From: Amoebophrya sp. A120
Taxonomy: Eukaryota > Protista > Dinoflagellata
NCBI GenBank assembly: GCA_905178155.1
Contig: CAJINV010000005.1
Location: 4,567,556 to 4,631,555 of the forward strand
Reading direction: 5' to 3'
DNA length: 64,000 nt
The translations under genes and the position numbers were made by a program. Within the stretch, counting starts at the first letter, position 1; the number at the start of each line of letters is the position of its first letter. Below the pieces are notes generated by a model. It saw nothing but the letters and a program-made list of their open reading frames with translations, did no database searches and was not told where the DNA came from. Below are positions 12,541 through 26,200 of this stretch, one piece after another.

Positions 12541-14255
12541 CAAACGCCCCGCTCCACCACACGCAGCATGAAACAACTTACTAAATAATCGAAGCGAACC
12601 TCACGCATAAGCATCTTCAGATCTTGAAGGCTTATATAAAACTCGATAAAGCTTATTATTGTTTTGATACATCAGAGTAGACCAAGGTTCTGCAGCCAGC
12701 ATGTGATTTCAAATATTGATAATCCTATTTTCACGAATGGGAACAACAAAAAGATGTCAACAATATCAATCTGAATCTCAACGGTTGTCAAAAGCCTGAC
12801 AACGTCTGCTGGTGCGCAACATGATTGATTCCGGTGAAACAAACATCTGCATATTTTTCGGCTCCGTTCCGTCTTCGTCAATTCATGAAGCTAGTAATAC
12901 ACTTCTACTTCATACCGATACACACATTTCGTTTTTATGAACATGAAGTTTTAGTTACGCGTGGATCCTAAATTCCATATACGGTCAATTGTATGTTGTA
13001 GGCTACTTGAAAAAATGTGAGTGCATGTTCTGTCAAACTTGATCTGAAAGTGAAAGTTAAAGCCAATGCGGTTACGTGATGTAGAAAATACTGCAGCAAA
13101 CAAAGTTTCGATTGTGTGCTTCGCAAAAGCAAAACCAAAATTTGATTTTGAATGAAGAAATGTCCGACCTGAAGAAAATATGAAAAAGTATAACTACCAG
13201 AAGAAATTTCGATATAGAATTCGTGTTGCTGTTCTACTCAAAGTTAAGTACTTCTACATTTGTTCGTAAGTAGAAACGCTGGTCGCACGTAATTTGTTCT
13301 TGTGGGGAAAAAGAATAAGAGAAATTATATTATTCGTCTGTAAGGAGAAGGATTTAATAATGTGCATGCGGCTGACAGATTGGATTCGGTTTCTCCGGGA
13401 AAAATTATGCTAGTGGCGCACGATGGCTCCGCAAGAACCGCTTGTTTTTCACTACTCAGGCTCGTGTGCGTACATTTGCGCGCAGTGGGATGTCACAGAG
13501 ACGCTGCAACACCAATCGTAGAAGACAAACTTGAACTTCGTGAAGATTAATCTAGAAGCAGAAGAACTCTGTGGGAACGATTTTTCACAAAAGGATTTCG
13601 GGTGCCGTGGTGTAGCTCGTCACGACGAGGACCTCTACGGGACAAGCGACTTCAACTCATCGCTGCTACCACCGTTTTCACGCGGTGCGGGGACCATTGC
13701 TTCAGCTTCCGTGCGTCCGTTCAAGGGAGCAGCCCCAGCAACCCCCGCACCGTCACTGTTGTCGGGTTGTCCCGTAGCGGAGCTGGCTCCATCGAACCAC
13801 TCCCGGCGCTTCCGTTTCAGAAAGTGACTCGCGTCGTGCCATGTGTCCGCGAGTGTTTTCTTCAAGATATCAGGTGGAAAAGCTCGAAGATCTCTCCATG
13901 ACAAATCAGTGCCGAGAATGCAACAAGTCAGAAATTCACAATCTTCTAGAGAACGCGACTTCTGCGGGTCATGCTGATATCGTCCGTAACTGTAACATCT
14001 TCACTTGAGGCGGCGCGCCGGCCTGATATAGCCACTGGAAGCTTGAGGCTCTGCGTTTGAGTCCCCTTTTATGCGTATTAAGTCATGCATGTCGGAAATG
14101 TTTTTGCAGGGGAAAAATCTATTTTCTCCTTCAGGTACGTTGGTAGCAGTATTTGAGTGCGATGAAAGGAAAAGTTGTTGACAAACATGCAAAAACTCTA
14201 TTCTCGTGTTCCTTCATGTAGTCCTCCCACAGCCACAGACTCGCACACTAATAAA

Positions 14256-17200
14256 TCACTTCGGCGCGATTGTATACAAGGCAGGTACAAGTAGCGTGGT
14301 CGTGGCGAGATCCTTGCTTCTTCCACCATACAGTTTCCCGAAAACCCCGGCTTGATGATTCACAACTTCCTGTTCGCTGAGCGGCTGACCTCGACCATTT
14401 TTCTTCGTGCCCACTGTCCTTGAGGTCTTCGGCCGATTCGGTTTGCTCGAATTGGTTTCGGAAGAGCCCCTGCTGGTGAACCAGGAAAAAAGCCGTGTGA
14501 AGAAGCCCGGCTTTTGTTCTTCTTCATCCGATCCCTCACCGCCATCATCATCATCATCATCATCATCATCAGGAGAAGCGGTAGCGGGAGCTTCATCACC
14601 GTTACCCTCGTTCTTTGTGATCAGACCTTTGACCACCTCCTTCACCGCAGCCGCCATTTTCGCGTGCCCCTTCTCGTTGGGGTAGAGCTGGTACTTCGCC
14701 ATGAGGCCCATGTCTTGCTGGAACCGCAATGGTATGCAATGCAAAAGCATCGCACTAGTATAAACCAGCCATGCTCCGGCTGCCGCCGGAGCGCAAGGCT
14801 GTTGGGTCGGGGCAAGACTGTTTGCCGATAGGACCACAACCCCGCGGGCCTATGCACAACGAAACACATTGCGCCGCGCCAACCCGCAGGACCACTTGCG
14901 CGCTTCCCGCGCCTGTGGGCGCTCTGCGCAGGGAGCAGCTGCAAAGACCACCGGGGGCGAACAGAAACCGCCCGGCGGGGGAGGGTAGCGCGAGAGGGTG
15001 GCGCGAGAGGGTGCGCGAGAGGGTGGCGCGAGAGGGTGGCGCGGAAAGGCGCCGAACAAAACAGCTCCGCGAATGGCCTGCAGTGCCAAATATGGGTAGT
15101 GCCATGCGGATTCGCGCCCGCTTCTTTGTGTTTTACCCTCTCGCAGACCTCTCGCAGACCCTCTTTTTGGCCTCTTTTGGGGGTCCCCGCTAATAATCCG
15201 GCTATACTCGCGGGTAGAGGTCGACAGAGGTGGCCGAGAGGTGGCCAAGAGGGTCCGCGAGAGGTCGCCCCTTATTCGCGCCACCTCTCGCCACCTCTGT
15301 CGAACTCTCGCGCCCCCTCTTTTTGACCTCTCTGCACCCTCTGAGGCACTTAGGCGCCGCCTTAGGGTGGGTCCTTCGGCGGGCTATACTCGCGCACCCT
15401 CTCGCCGGCCCTCTCGAAAGGGGTCCCGCGCCACCTCTCCACCTCTGTCGACCTCTTTTTTACCTCTTTTGACCTCTTTTTGACCTCTCGGCCACCTCTT
15501 GTTTACCCTCTGTCTACCTCTTTTTTCGCATGAATATAATATATAGTAATTGCAATACAAATTGGCCCAGCATTACAAGTTGAATTTATAATGCTGATTT
15601 GCCTTGAGAAAGAGATTTGTAATGCATAAATGCAATTAGTACGAGTACGATACTTTTGCACAGGATAAATGGCGATTCGTGCACTTTTTCCCAAAGCCGG
15701 ATTTCTTTCGGCAAGTAGGATGTCACAAAATCGGTTGTGTCAAGCTTCTGTGTTTCGTCCTGCAGTCCCTCCATGTCCGTGATTGCAACTCGAGGTCCCA
15801 GGCCCTTTTCCAGCAGCACCCCTTTGAAATAGTCCCACGCGGGCTGAGTCGTCGTGGTACTCGCGGCGCTGCCCGAGTCGGTTGTTTTGGTGGTGATTTT
15901 CCCCTCCCCGCGGAAGGGGTGAAACGACAGGTCGGGCAGGACGACCACCACATAGCGGCTGTAGTGCGTAAGCAGCGTGTTCACGAGGTCCTGGACCTCT
16001 TTGACGTAGTTCTTAATTTTTTCAGCGTCGCCGGTGTACGGCGGGTACCCACACAGGTCCAGTTCGGTCTGGGCATAAGAAGATACGTAGGAACTCAAGG
16101 CCCGCTCGAAGAACACCCCCGACAGCAGCTCGTAGGAGCCGAAGCTGATGGTCGTGAGAAAAATCTTGTCCTCGTCGGGCATCGGCTTCCCGTCCGACGA
16201 GGCCCACTTCGCCGGCTCCGCCCCCGTCCAGTCGGAGAAGTCGAACAGCCCCGCCGGCAAATTCTTCGTGATCGGCGGAAAGAAGGTCGTGGCGTGCGTC
16301 CAGTGTATCGGACCCTGCGTCCACCGCTGTCCTTCGTCTTCGTCCCCACCACTTCCAGCTGCGGCCTTCGCGACCACTTCCAAGCGCCGCGCATGCACCG
16401 GCGGGTGCTGGGGTGGGCCAACACCTTCACTGCCGCCCAGGTAGCCGCCCCGGCCGAGGAGCTGCTGCTGCGTAAAGCCGACATTGCCCGCGTTGATCAC
16501 CGTCAGCTTGCGCACGTTTTCATCTTTTGTCGTCCCTGGAAACAGTTTCTTTTTCGGCTCCGAGCCTTTCGCTTTTGCAGGACGAACTTCGAGGTGCAGC
16601 AACTCCTGCGCAACTTGGTTGACCCACAGGGCTGGCGATTGCGGGCTCACGTCCGGCCCGCTCGAAGAATCCAGCTTGCCCGCAGTGCTCGAGTCGCCGA
16701 GAAACAACACGGTCGGGTTGTTGTGGTACACACCTTCGGCGCCCTTGGCAAATTCCTCACCTTCATCGTCACTGTCGCTGAGATCGTCCTCGTCCTCGTC
16801 CGCCTCGTCAACATCCCCGGACGACTTGAACAGTTCCTCCAATTTGTCCTTCAGCAAGGTGGTGGCTTCTTCGAACATCTTTTGCGCTTCTTGTCCAGCT
16901 TGCTCGAGGACCAGGCCCAGTTCCACGCCCGCCTCGTTTAGCCGCTTCGAGACCTCGGTGTGGAAGAAATCCGCCCAGTAGGACAGCGTGCCCTCCCACT
17001 GCGACTGCAGCCGGGCCAGCTGCTGCCCTGACGATTCTTCAGTGAGTTTTGCCCCTTTCGGAGGCTTCTGCATGTTCGTCGCTACCTTGCGCAGCGGCTT
17101 AAACGAGCTGCTGAGTGGGATGGCCTGAAAAGCAGCTTGTTTGTTGCGATCCTGTGCGGGCACGGCGTACTGATGGATCTGCTTTTCGCCACACGATATC

Positions 17201-20200
17201 CAGTGCAAATCATTTTTTTATCCGGGTCTGAAAGGTGGATCACTTTCAATGCTCATTGATTTATAATCGCGAAAAAAATCTGCCTTGCTGGAGAAGCAAG
17301 AAACGTGCACTTCTCGCTAGCTGAAGAATGTCATTCGGCAATGCTCAAAACCATCTTTGTACCTCTACCGCTGCATTACAGACCGTCTCCTGGGTGCACT
17401 GAGAGTCGTGCGACCGACGGCTGCTTCACAAACAATTACTTTAGACTTTCACTTTTCCTCCAGCTCCAGATCCCAAAAATATAATTTCCACTTCATATCC
17501 ATGTAGAGCACAAAGCTGCTCCAGGGCATCCACATCAACGCGGCCTTTTGGTCATCCCAATTCTGCTATACATTGCAAAAGTATCGCAGCCGTGCAAAAG
17601 AGTGTTTTTGAAAAGGTAATGCTGAACAAGATGCGCCATACTTACTAGGCTATACATGATCTGTCGCGCTAAATTGCAATTCGTTCGAGCGCGATACTTT
17701 TCCCGAGGATATCTGCTGCCGGGAATACGGCTTCATGCAGGTTGTCGGCCCGTCTGCGTTCGGCGGCAGCTGCAGTGTCCGCAGATAGGGGTCTGCGGAG
17801 GCGCCCCGGCCCCCCGCGCCGGTCCACGAAGCTGGAACAAGAAAAGGAAGCCCACCCCCCGGGAGACTGGAAAGAAAGGCTCCATTCGCACCCGCGGCTG
17901 CGGGAGCTGCTCGCCCTTCGTCTGGCTTTTTCAGCTTAGAGTTCAAGTCTTTCCCCTCCACGCAACCGGGTTCCAGGATGTAAAACGGGGTGAGCGGAGC
18001 CTTGGCGACACTGCCTGTGCCTGCATCTTTGGCATACCCTTTTAGCTTGTTGTACTCTTCCAAAACGGCGTCGGCAATCACTTTGTGTCCCTCTCCATCG
18101 GGGTGAAGTTCATCCATGATTTTCCGGATTGCCGGGTCGGTGCCGGGCAAAGTCAACTTGTAGTATTTTTTGTTTGACGCGCATACTATCCAGGCCAAAA
18201 ACGACGATGCGAGTGCGTCGCATCTATCCGTCATCAAAGCACAACGCAAAATAAGAGGACGCACTTTAAGACAATGTGACACAACAGCACAGCCTCGCGG
18301 GTGGGCTTCATAATCAGGAGGACGAGGATTTGCTGGAGAAAACCTAAATTTATTTCTCTATACATTCGTTGCACCCGATGATTTCATGATCACCATCATA
18401 GCATACTGTGCAGAAAAAGTAAATGCAGAAAAGAAAAAGATGATGACGGACACTTGCGTTCGTTATCTTTACGCATCAAGTCTCTAATGTCATATCTCGA
18501 TCGTCTGCGCCGTCGAAACTTGGCAAGTAGTCGAGGTCGACCACTCCGACCGCCGTGTACTCCGCCGAGGAACCGTCCGCGTTCCTGATCTTGCCAATGA
18601 TGTCGGACTTCAAGTTTACGATTCCCTGCTTGTAAATGTCCCTGTAGTAATGCAGATTTTCCGTGTTCAACTTCCAATGGTTCTCGACGAGAGGTAGAAT
18701 CACAATTACGAACCTCGAAAATTTCAACGCCTCCGTCAAAATTTGCTTCATGTTTTTGACGAGATTCTCGGCCGTGTTTTTGTCGCTGAACTTGCCCTGA
18801 TTGACCTCGTTGGTGCCGAAGAAAACCGTGGTCAGTTCGACCTTCTGGTCCTCCGCTACGCCCACGTTGCCGACAATACTTGCTCTCACGTGCTGCAACA
18901 GGCCGCCGTCACCCGCCTGCGCTCGCAATGCCGGCTCGCCCGAGTTCGTGATCTGAAAAGAACCTCCGGTCGGGCCATGGGAAACCAGCACGCGCCCCGC
19001 ATGGGCATGTTGGCCCGGCTGGGACTGGATCGACAGAGGCTCCGCGCCCGTCAGAACCGTCGCAAACGCGCCGCTGTTTCCCCCATTGAGGATCTGCAGC
19101 CCGGACTTCATCGCCCCGTTTGTTCCACTCCCGTCCTTCTCTTCCTTCAACTTCAGCATCTCAATTCCCAATTTGTTGACCCACAAGTCCGAGCTGGAAG
19201 TACCCCCTTTCAAGTTGAAGCCCTCCGTGAGGCTGTCCTATGAACTGCAAAAGTATCGCACTCGTAGAAATGCATTACAAATTTCCTCAGCATTAGCGAG
19301 AAAATTTGTAATGCGGATCGACCTTGAGATAAAGATTTGTAATGCATGTTTGCAGTACGAGTACGATACTTTTGCACAGGATATGTCCCCCAGCGCCACC
19401 AAATCCGGCGGCGTCGGGCGTTTCGCGTAGTTCCAGAGCAGTTCCCGCTGCTTCTTCGCATCCGTGCCGAACCCCGCCTCGTTGGGCAAAACGTCCTGCG
19501 GCACGATATGCAATACAAATTTCCCACACGCGTAAGGCATCACAAATCATTCTGCCAACTTTCTTGTGGAGCACATTACTACTTGTCATGCTAAAAGTAA
19601 AAAAAGAATAGGATTGCAAGGTTAAAGCTTTCTGCACTTGTACGTGTACGGGAGGATTACTGTGGATACACATTCAACAGATGCACCAGCGTTTCGGTCA
19701 GTCGCGGCTTCTTCAGGTCCAGCTGCTCGTACTGCCCGTTGGCCAGGAACCGCAGGTCCTGAGAACCCCCGCTGAGCTGCTATAACCCGCTCAGGTGTTA
19801 CAATCTCAAGCGTTACAATAGAATTTGGAAATCTGTGATGCAAGAGTGCATGATCTAGCCAACTCTCATAGGATTGCGCATGACAAGTTCGGGAGCTCCA
19901 AACCCGACTACAATCTGGGAAAATTTGTATTGCAAAAGGTGGAACGCTGTGCGAGTCTGTCATGCTCATTATGCAAGACAAATCCCGGATTCTATTGTAA
20001 CGTTTGAGATTGTAACGTTTGAGCAAGTCATACCTGCCCGTTGGCATTTTTGAACGGGTTCCAGGCAGAGTCGCGGCGCCCGTGGTATCCTGAGTAAAAA
20101 CGTACCCACTACACCAGAGTTGTAATGCAGATTTGCAAAGACAGGAAGACTTGTAATGCGCATCCCCATGAGAGCCATTTCCAATCGTGTTTTGGAATTT

Positions 20201-23200
20201 GTGATGCTGTGAACAGGATGAGCAGATGAATCTGTGACGCGGCTGCACTTGCTAGCCTGCACTACACTGCATAGTGCAACTTGTCATGCGTGACTCACAA
20301 AACTCCTAGGTTTGTGTTGCAAAATCCTCATCCTAACTCTGGTGTGGGTACGTTTTTACTCAGGATACGTGGGGGTTCCGAATCAAGGCGGCGTAAATGA
20401 GGAGGTACTCATTCGGGTTGACGCTCATGGTGGGAATGGCCAAGACGTGGAGCGCTTCAAAGGTGTACGCATGCCCCTGGTACAACCCCTGGGCGAATGG
20501 GTATGCAGTGCAACTACTGCCTGGGTCTGGAAAGTTGATGTGATGCTACTAGTGTGCGAAACGGAGAAGCACCCTACGAAAAAGAAAATGGAAAAGGAAA
20601 TGCGGGGCCGTGCATGACACGTCTCGGAGCGACCACGTCTTGCGTAAATGATAATACCTGCACGAAGACAGACATAAACTCCTTTTGCATGACAAAAAAA
20701 TGACGCTGCAGGGCAAGTGCTACCCGGTCCCGGTCATGCGGACCGCATGACACATTTTTTTCTTCTGGCAGCCAAGCGTAACAAGTCGTGCACACCTCTA
20801 CTTTCCGAGCCAGACATATTTGCAAAAATGCATAGTGTGTGTTTGCTGTCAATATTGAAGCTGAGGACGTGCGTCTTCCGCAACTTCGACGGATCGTTGG
20901 GGTCTGCCACCGCACCGCGCAGGATGTGTTCCTGCAAATCAAAGAACAAGCAGCGCACCGCCTTGTGCCTGTCCTGCTGGGGATATCAAACTGAAAAGCG
21001 CATCGCCACCAGAAGTCTCAAATCCAAATTATTCTTTATGTGATTGCAGACACTTTGTTTTGCATGCTTGAGCACAGACTGTTCCTGCTTCAGATTCTAA
21101 GTGCAAAGAAGCCCCCACATGCCCAGTGGTCTCACCTGTATTGGGCCCTTTTGCAACTTTGATTGTCGCTATTCTGGGGCGAAAATCTGTCATGCTGTTA
21201 CCTACATGCAAGTGTTCCCAGTGATAGGACCACGACGACATATGATCAGCTTTTACGAATACAAACGCTGTCAAGCATTTTTGGGGCTGGTGCGCTTTTC
21301 GTTATGTTGATAGGGGCAGCTCCTTGAGGTTGGGTGGGTGCCGCACGTCGAAGTTGCCTCCCAAAACGTCCCGAAACAGAAAGGTCATGGCCTTCTCGTA
21401 TTGAAAAAGTGCGCTGCGTTCCGTCGCCACAGCGTACTCGGTAAACACCTCTTGGAGAGCGGCGGCGTCCAGTGGCCCTTGTGCTGCGCTTCCAGGAGCC
21501 GAAGTCGGCGGGGTGGTCATCAATTGCTTGACCGCGAGAGACTGCGGTGGCAGTAGGGAAAACGCTTGGGCCTTCCCGTTCGCGAGAAAAGGAGTGCTGT
21601 TCAAAATCTCTGCCAGGTTCGCCGCCACGTCGGTTGCAAAGTCAAAGTGCGACACAAAGAACCACAGGCCCCGACTGCCGAAGGTGAGTTCTCGGATCTG
21701 GTCCATTTGCGTATTTTTCAGCGGCGATTGCAGAGAGAGAGGGGGCGTCTGCTGCTATCAGAAAGAAATTACGCGCCGAACAAGCATTATTCAGCGTACG
21801 TGTTGGTATTATGCTACTTCCAGAGTAGGTGGTGTGTTCTGCTCCTTGCTTCTTGAAAACATTCACTTTCGTTTCTAGCGTTCACGAATACGCAGGTCGA
21901 TGCAAAATGGTTCTGCTTGGAGAGAAGAAACCTTCAGAGAGATAAAAGCATAATTAAATCTTATGGCGGACAGCAAAAAAAATACCACGACCTCTCAAAC
22001 AAACGTCTTGAAGTCGCTTCTCGAGCAGGCGCCGTTTCTTTCGGTAGCTGTGTGAGGCTTGCAAGGCAGCCCCGGACGAATTCCTTGTACACCTTCTCGC
22101 CGAAATTTTCCTTCCAATCAGAAAATCCCGCAAGAAATTGATACACCGAAAAACCCCCCGAGTCAGCAGGAACCAAACTTGCGTCAGGGTGGGAGTGAGA
22201 CACGGCACATCAACTCATAGTCATAGTCATAGGCAAGTACAACAAACCAGTTGTAGCCGAACAGGCGCCACGGGCCTACACACAATATGAATTAGTAACA
22301 GCTGCAAGGATTGGAAAATTTACTGGACCTGCACATTAAAGGACAGCCAAGCCGACAACTGCCGCGCCTGATCAATGTCATCTTGCAGTGTTACGCTGGC
22401 GGCGATTGTGTTGGATCGTGACCGTGAGAGCACTTCTACAGGCGAATAAACACAACTTTAGTCCTTGCTAACCCGTAGACAACAAGCCATTTCCAGCGAT
22501 ATGGACTGCGTTCGGCTACCACTTTTGCAAGCAGCGCCTCGTTCCCCCTTGGAATACTGGCCTTGTCCTTCGAACTGAACGCCAAACACACATTCGTCCG
22601 CCCGAGGGCGCTGGGCTGACCCAACCGTGCGAACAAGTAGTCCGTACAGGAATCCTTGGCGTAGCACAGCTTCTCGCACATAGAGGCGGACTCGGGCTCA
22701 TCGTGGCCTTTCACCTCCTGCTCCTGGCCGGCGCAGTCCGATGGCAATGGCAGTGGTTCCGTGAGAAAAGATTCCGCTTCCTCGTCCTCACCGGTTTGCT
22801 TCCTGCCGGACGTGACGACCAATTTGAAGCTGGCGTCGCCGGAAAACCGTTTCCACTCCTTCAGGGCCTTCATGCCCTGCCACTTCGAAACGTCCGCCTT
22901 CGGATCGTAAAACAGCTCGCACTGGTGTGTATGCACTACAAATAAGTATCGAAGAGCCAGCACGCGACGATTTTCTTCTTACTTAGCGAGAAAGAACTTC
23001 TCAAATTCCCGGCCCGACTAAAGTTAAAGTTCTTCCCGAAGCTGCATGCAAATTGGAAGCCGTGAGCTATTGCTATCATCCTACAAATTACAACTCGTCA
23101 GAAGATGTGAAAGATGGCTAGAGGAAAATTAGAAGACCTTTGCTTTCCATTTTCTCAGCAAGCTGAAAACTTTTTTCATAACAGAGTGTTCACCATTGCA

Positions 23201-26200
23201 AAAACCCTTTCGAGCGTGCAGATCCGATACGTTATTTCCACTGGATAATTTGGGTCCGGTGACAACACCTTCACACTGTCGGTGTTCTTCTGGTACTCGG
23301 GCACATAAGTGACCGCGCTCTGCAGCGAAACCTGGCCATTCGCGCCCATCTTGTGCGTGGGGAGCCCCGTGAGACTCTCCTCGCTCATCAGAAAGAGTGC
23401 TTTGGACACCTCCGGGGTGGCCACCCCACGCCCATTGTACTTGGCCGGGCAACTAGCGGAGTTATGCAAGAGACAAAATGTTGTGTGTGTTCTTTTGTCT
23501 ACTCTATCGTTCTACCTGGAGTGCCAGCATTCAAGTAGTAGGACGCAAATCTTAATCTGGCTCCTGCAATTATGTCGGAAAGGGCGTCTGGCTCTAAGCA
23601 TATGGTGCGCGAGACCGAGAGTGAAGTACGTGTACGTGATACTTAAATCAATAAAACACGTCGCTATAATGCACTAAGGACGAGGCTAGACTGCAAGTCA
23701 AAGTCTCAGTCCAAGGAAAAAATACCTGTCAGTTTTTGTTTCGCTACTTGTCATGCATGTTGCAGAGTTGTCACAGAGAGAAGAACAAACGAAGTTCTAA
23801 AAATATTTCGTTTTCCTGCGATAGGAGTTATCCAAGAAAAAAACTGTGCTAGTGTATGCTATCTTTGGCTGACAGCATCACAAATTTGCTCTACATGACA
23901 GAGAAAACCTGTCATGGGTGGCTGGTAAGGGAAAACACACCTGAACAGAGGACTTCATGGCTGCCTGGCATGACAGGTCGAACTCGGTTGCATGTTCTGC
24001 ATCACAGATTTACACTCACATAGTTTTTTTCTCGCATACGAGTTGGCGCTCGTGCACTGGATGGTCCAGTACTTGAAAAAGGACTGTCCCCCCGCCACCG
24101 CTATCCACTGCAAATATGTCTGGGTCTCCTGGAAGAAACTTGTCATGCTGCCTTCGGATGCTAAAAAAATCTGTATTGCATGAACAGCAGGGCGGGCAGT
24201 CCAGTTTTTGCTGCGCGGCGACGGCATTCGCATTTCTGCTCATGCAGGATAACATTACAAGGCGACGACGGCATTAAGATGAAGGCCGCACAAATTATGA
24301 ACCTGTGATGCTAGAGCATGCATCACACGCATCGTCGGCTATTCAAAATATGCATGACAAAACTTCCATTCTTCCAGACCCACACATCTTTGCATTTGAT
24401 AACCGCGCGCACCGCAAAGGGCGTGATCCCGGCCTCCAACGCAAAGTAGCCGCCCTATCAAGTGTAAAAGTGTCTGGGTCTGGAAGATTCTGAGACTGAG
24501 ACTTGTCATGCACAGTTTGCATGAGCCATGATGTCTGTGATGCATGCCCTAGCATCACAGGTTCTTTGAGGGATTCTTGATGCCTATTCCGCATGACAAA
24601 TGCCCTCCCCGCGTAGCAAAAATCAGAATCCTCTTGCTTCTTATGCAATACAAATTTTTTAGCCATCCAAATGCAGCATCACAAGTTGCATTCTTGCAGA
24701 CCCTGACACTTTTGCATTTGATACACCCATCACCTTGGCAACGGCCTTGATGATGAGCTCGACCGTGATCGAGATCTGCATCGTAGTGCCCTGCTGCGCA
24801 GGTTGATCATGGGATCGTCCTTTCGTCATCAAATCGGTTGAACCGCCGCCGGCCACAGGTTCTTCTTGTGCCACTTCCTTCTTGATCCCAAACACCTGGT
24901 CGGCGCCCCCGGAACTGTATGCATTGCAAATATGTCTGGGTCTGGAGGAATGCAGATTTTTGTCATGCTGTTTTTGCGTGACACACAATTTCTGTCATGG
25001 AAGCCCTAGCATCACGGATTTTGAGAAGCTCAAGTTTCCGCGTTGCCTAATCCGCATGACAAATCCCCCATTTTGGTGACAGAAAGTGAGCGTCTCTTGC
25101 TGCCTCTGCTTGAGAGATTTGTGTGTGTTGTGAAATGCGCATCACAAGTTCGCTTCCTTCCAGACCCAGACATATTTGCATTTGATAAGCTGATGGACGA
25201 CGCCGCCCGGGACCCGTCCTCAGGGTCCAGGAAGGTGAAGTAGGGTCGGTAGCCGCAATAGCACACGTCGTCCGGGGTATCGACGCCGCTGACCTGGCCG
25301 CCAACGGTGGGCAGGTGGTCATCCACGAGGATGAACTCCCACTTCGACCGGATGTAGAGGGGCACGAGCCACAGGCCCGAGGGGGACACCTTCTCCGGCT
25401 CCAGGAGCAGCCCCTGGTTCGCCAGGTTCTGCAGCGCCGCCATGAAGTAGCAGTGGCCCAGCGGGCCCTGCAGGATGCTCTCGGGCGGAACCGGCGTCCC
25501 GCCTGGCACAAAATTCTGCTGGTTCGACTTCCACATATCCCGGATGCGGACGATTTTCGAGCTTTGCACTGCGTTTCGCACGCCCGCGTTACTCTGCTTC
25601 GCAGGGTCGTCGTCCAGCAAAAACATGTTCGGAAAGGCCAGGTCCCGGGCACGCTTGCGCTTGCCTTTCGCTTTTTCAACAGAAACATAATCCCCCGCGC
25701 TGTCAATAGTGTTTGCCCGAGGCACTTGCGGCAGGGATGTTGCTGCAGTTGCGTCTTCCCGAACAAGTTCCACGAACTCCACCAGTTTTTCCTGCTCCTT
25801 GAGCGGATCCGCTTCGTCCAGCGCTTGCAGCCGTACGTCCCAGATCTTTTTGTCTGCACTGCTTTTCTATGAATTGCAAATATGTCTGGAGGGTCTGGAC
25901 GAATGCAAGTTTGTCATGCTTGTCTGGCATGACTCGAGAAACTGTGTTGCAGAGGCACGAAACGGGGGCCCTCTTCCCTGTCATGCAAAAACGCAGCTTG
26001 CCATGGGGCATACGTAACACATGGAACAAGCCAAAAAAATTGACATGCATAGCTGCGTATTCCAGTGCGTGTACCATTCACTTTTAGCAATACAAGTTTC
26101 CAGACCCAGACATGTTTGCAATCCATATTTGCTTCGGAGTGCCCGTTGTGCCATCCGTGCTGCGGTAAATGGTGACCTCTTTCTCGGCCTGACCCGTCCC

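Noticed and set aside
15679-16941. 420-aa plus-strand ORF
   Set aside because: Antisense to the SGNH exon; no independent evidence.
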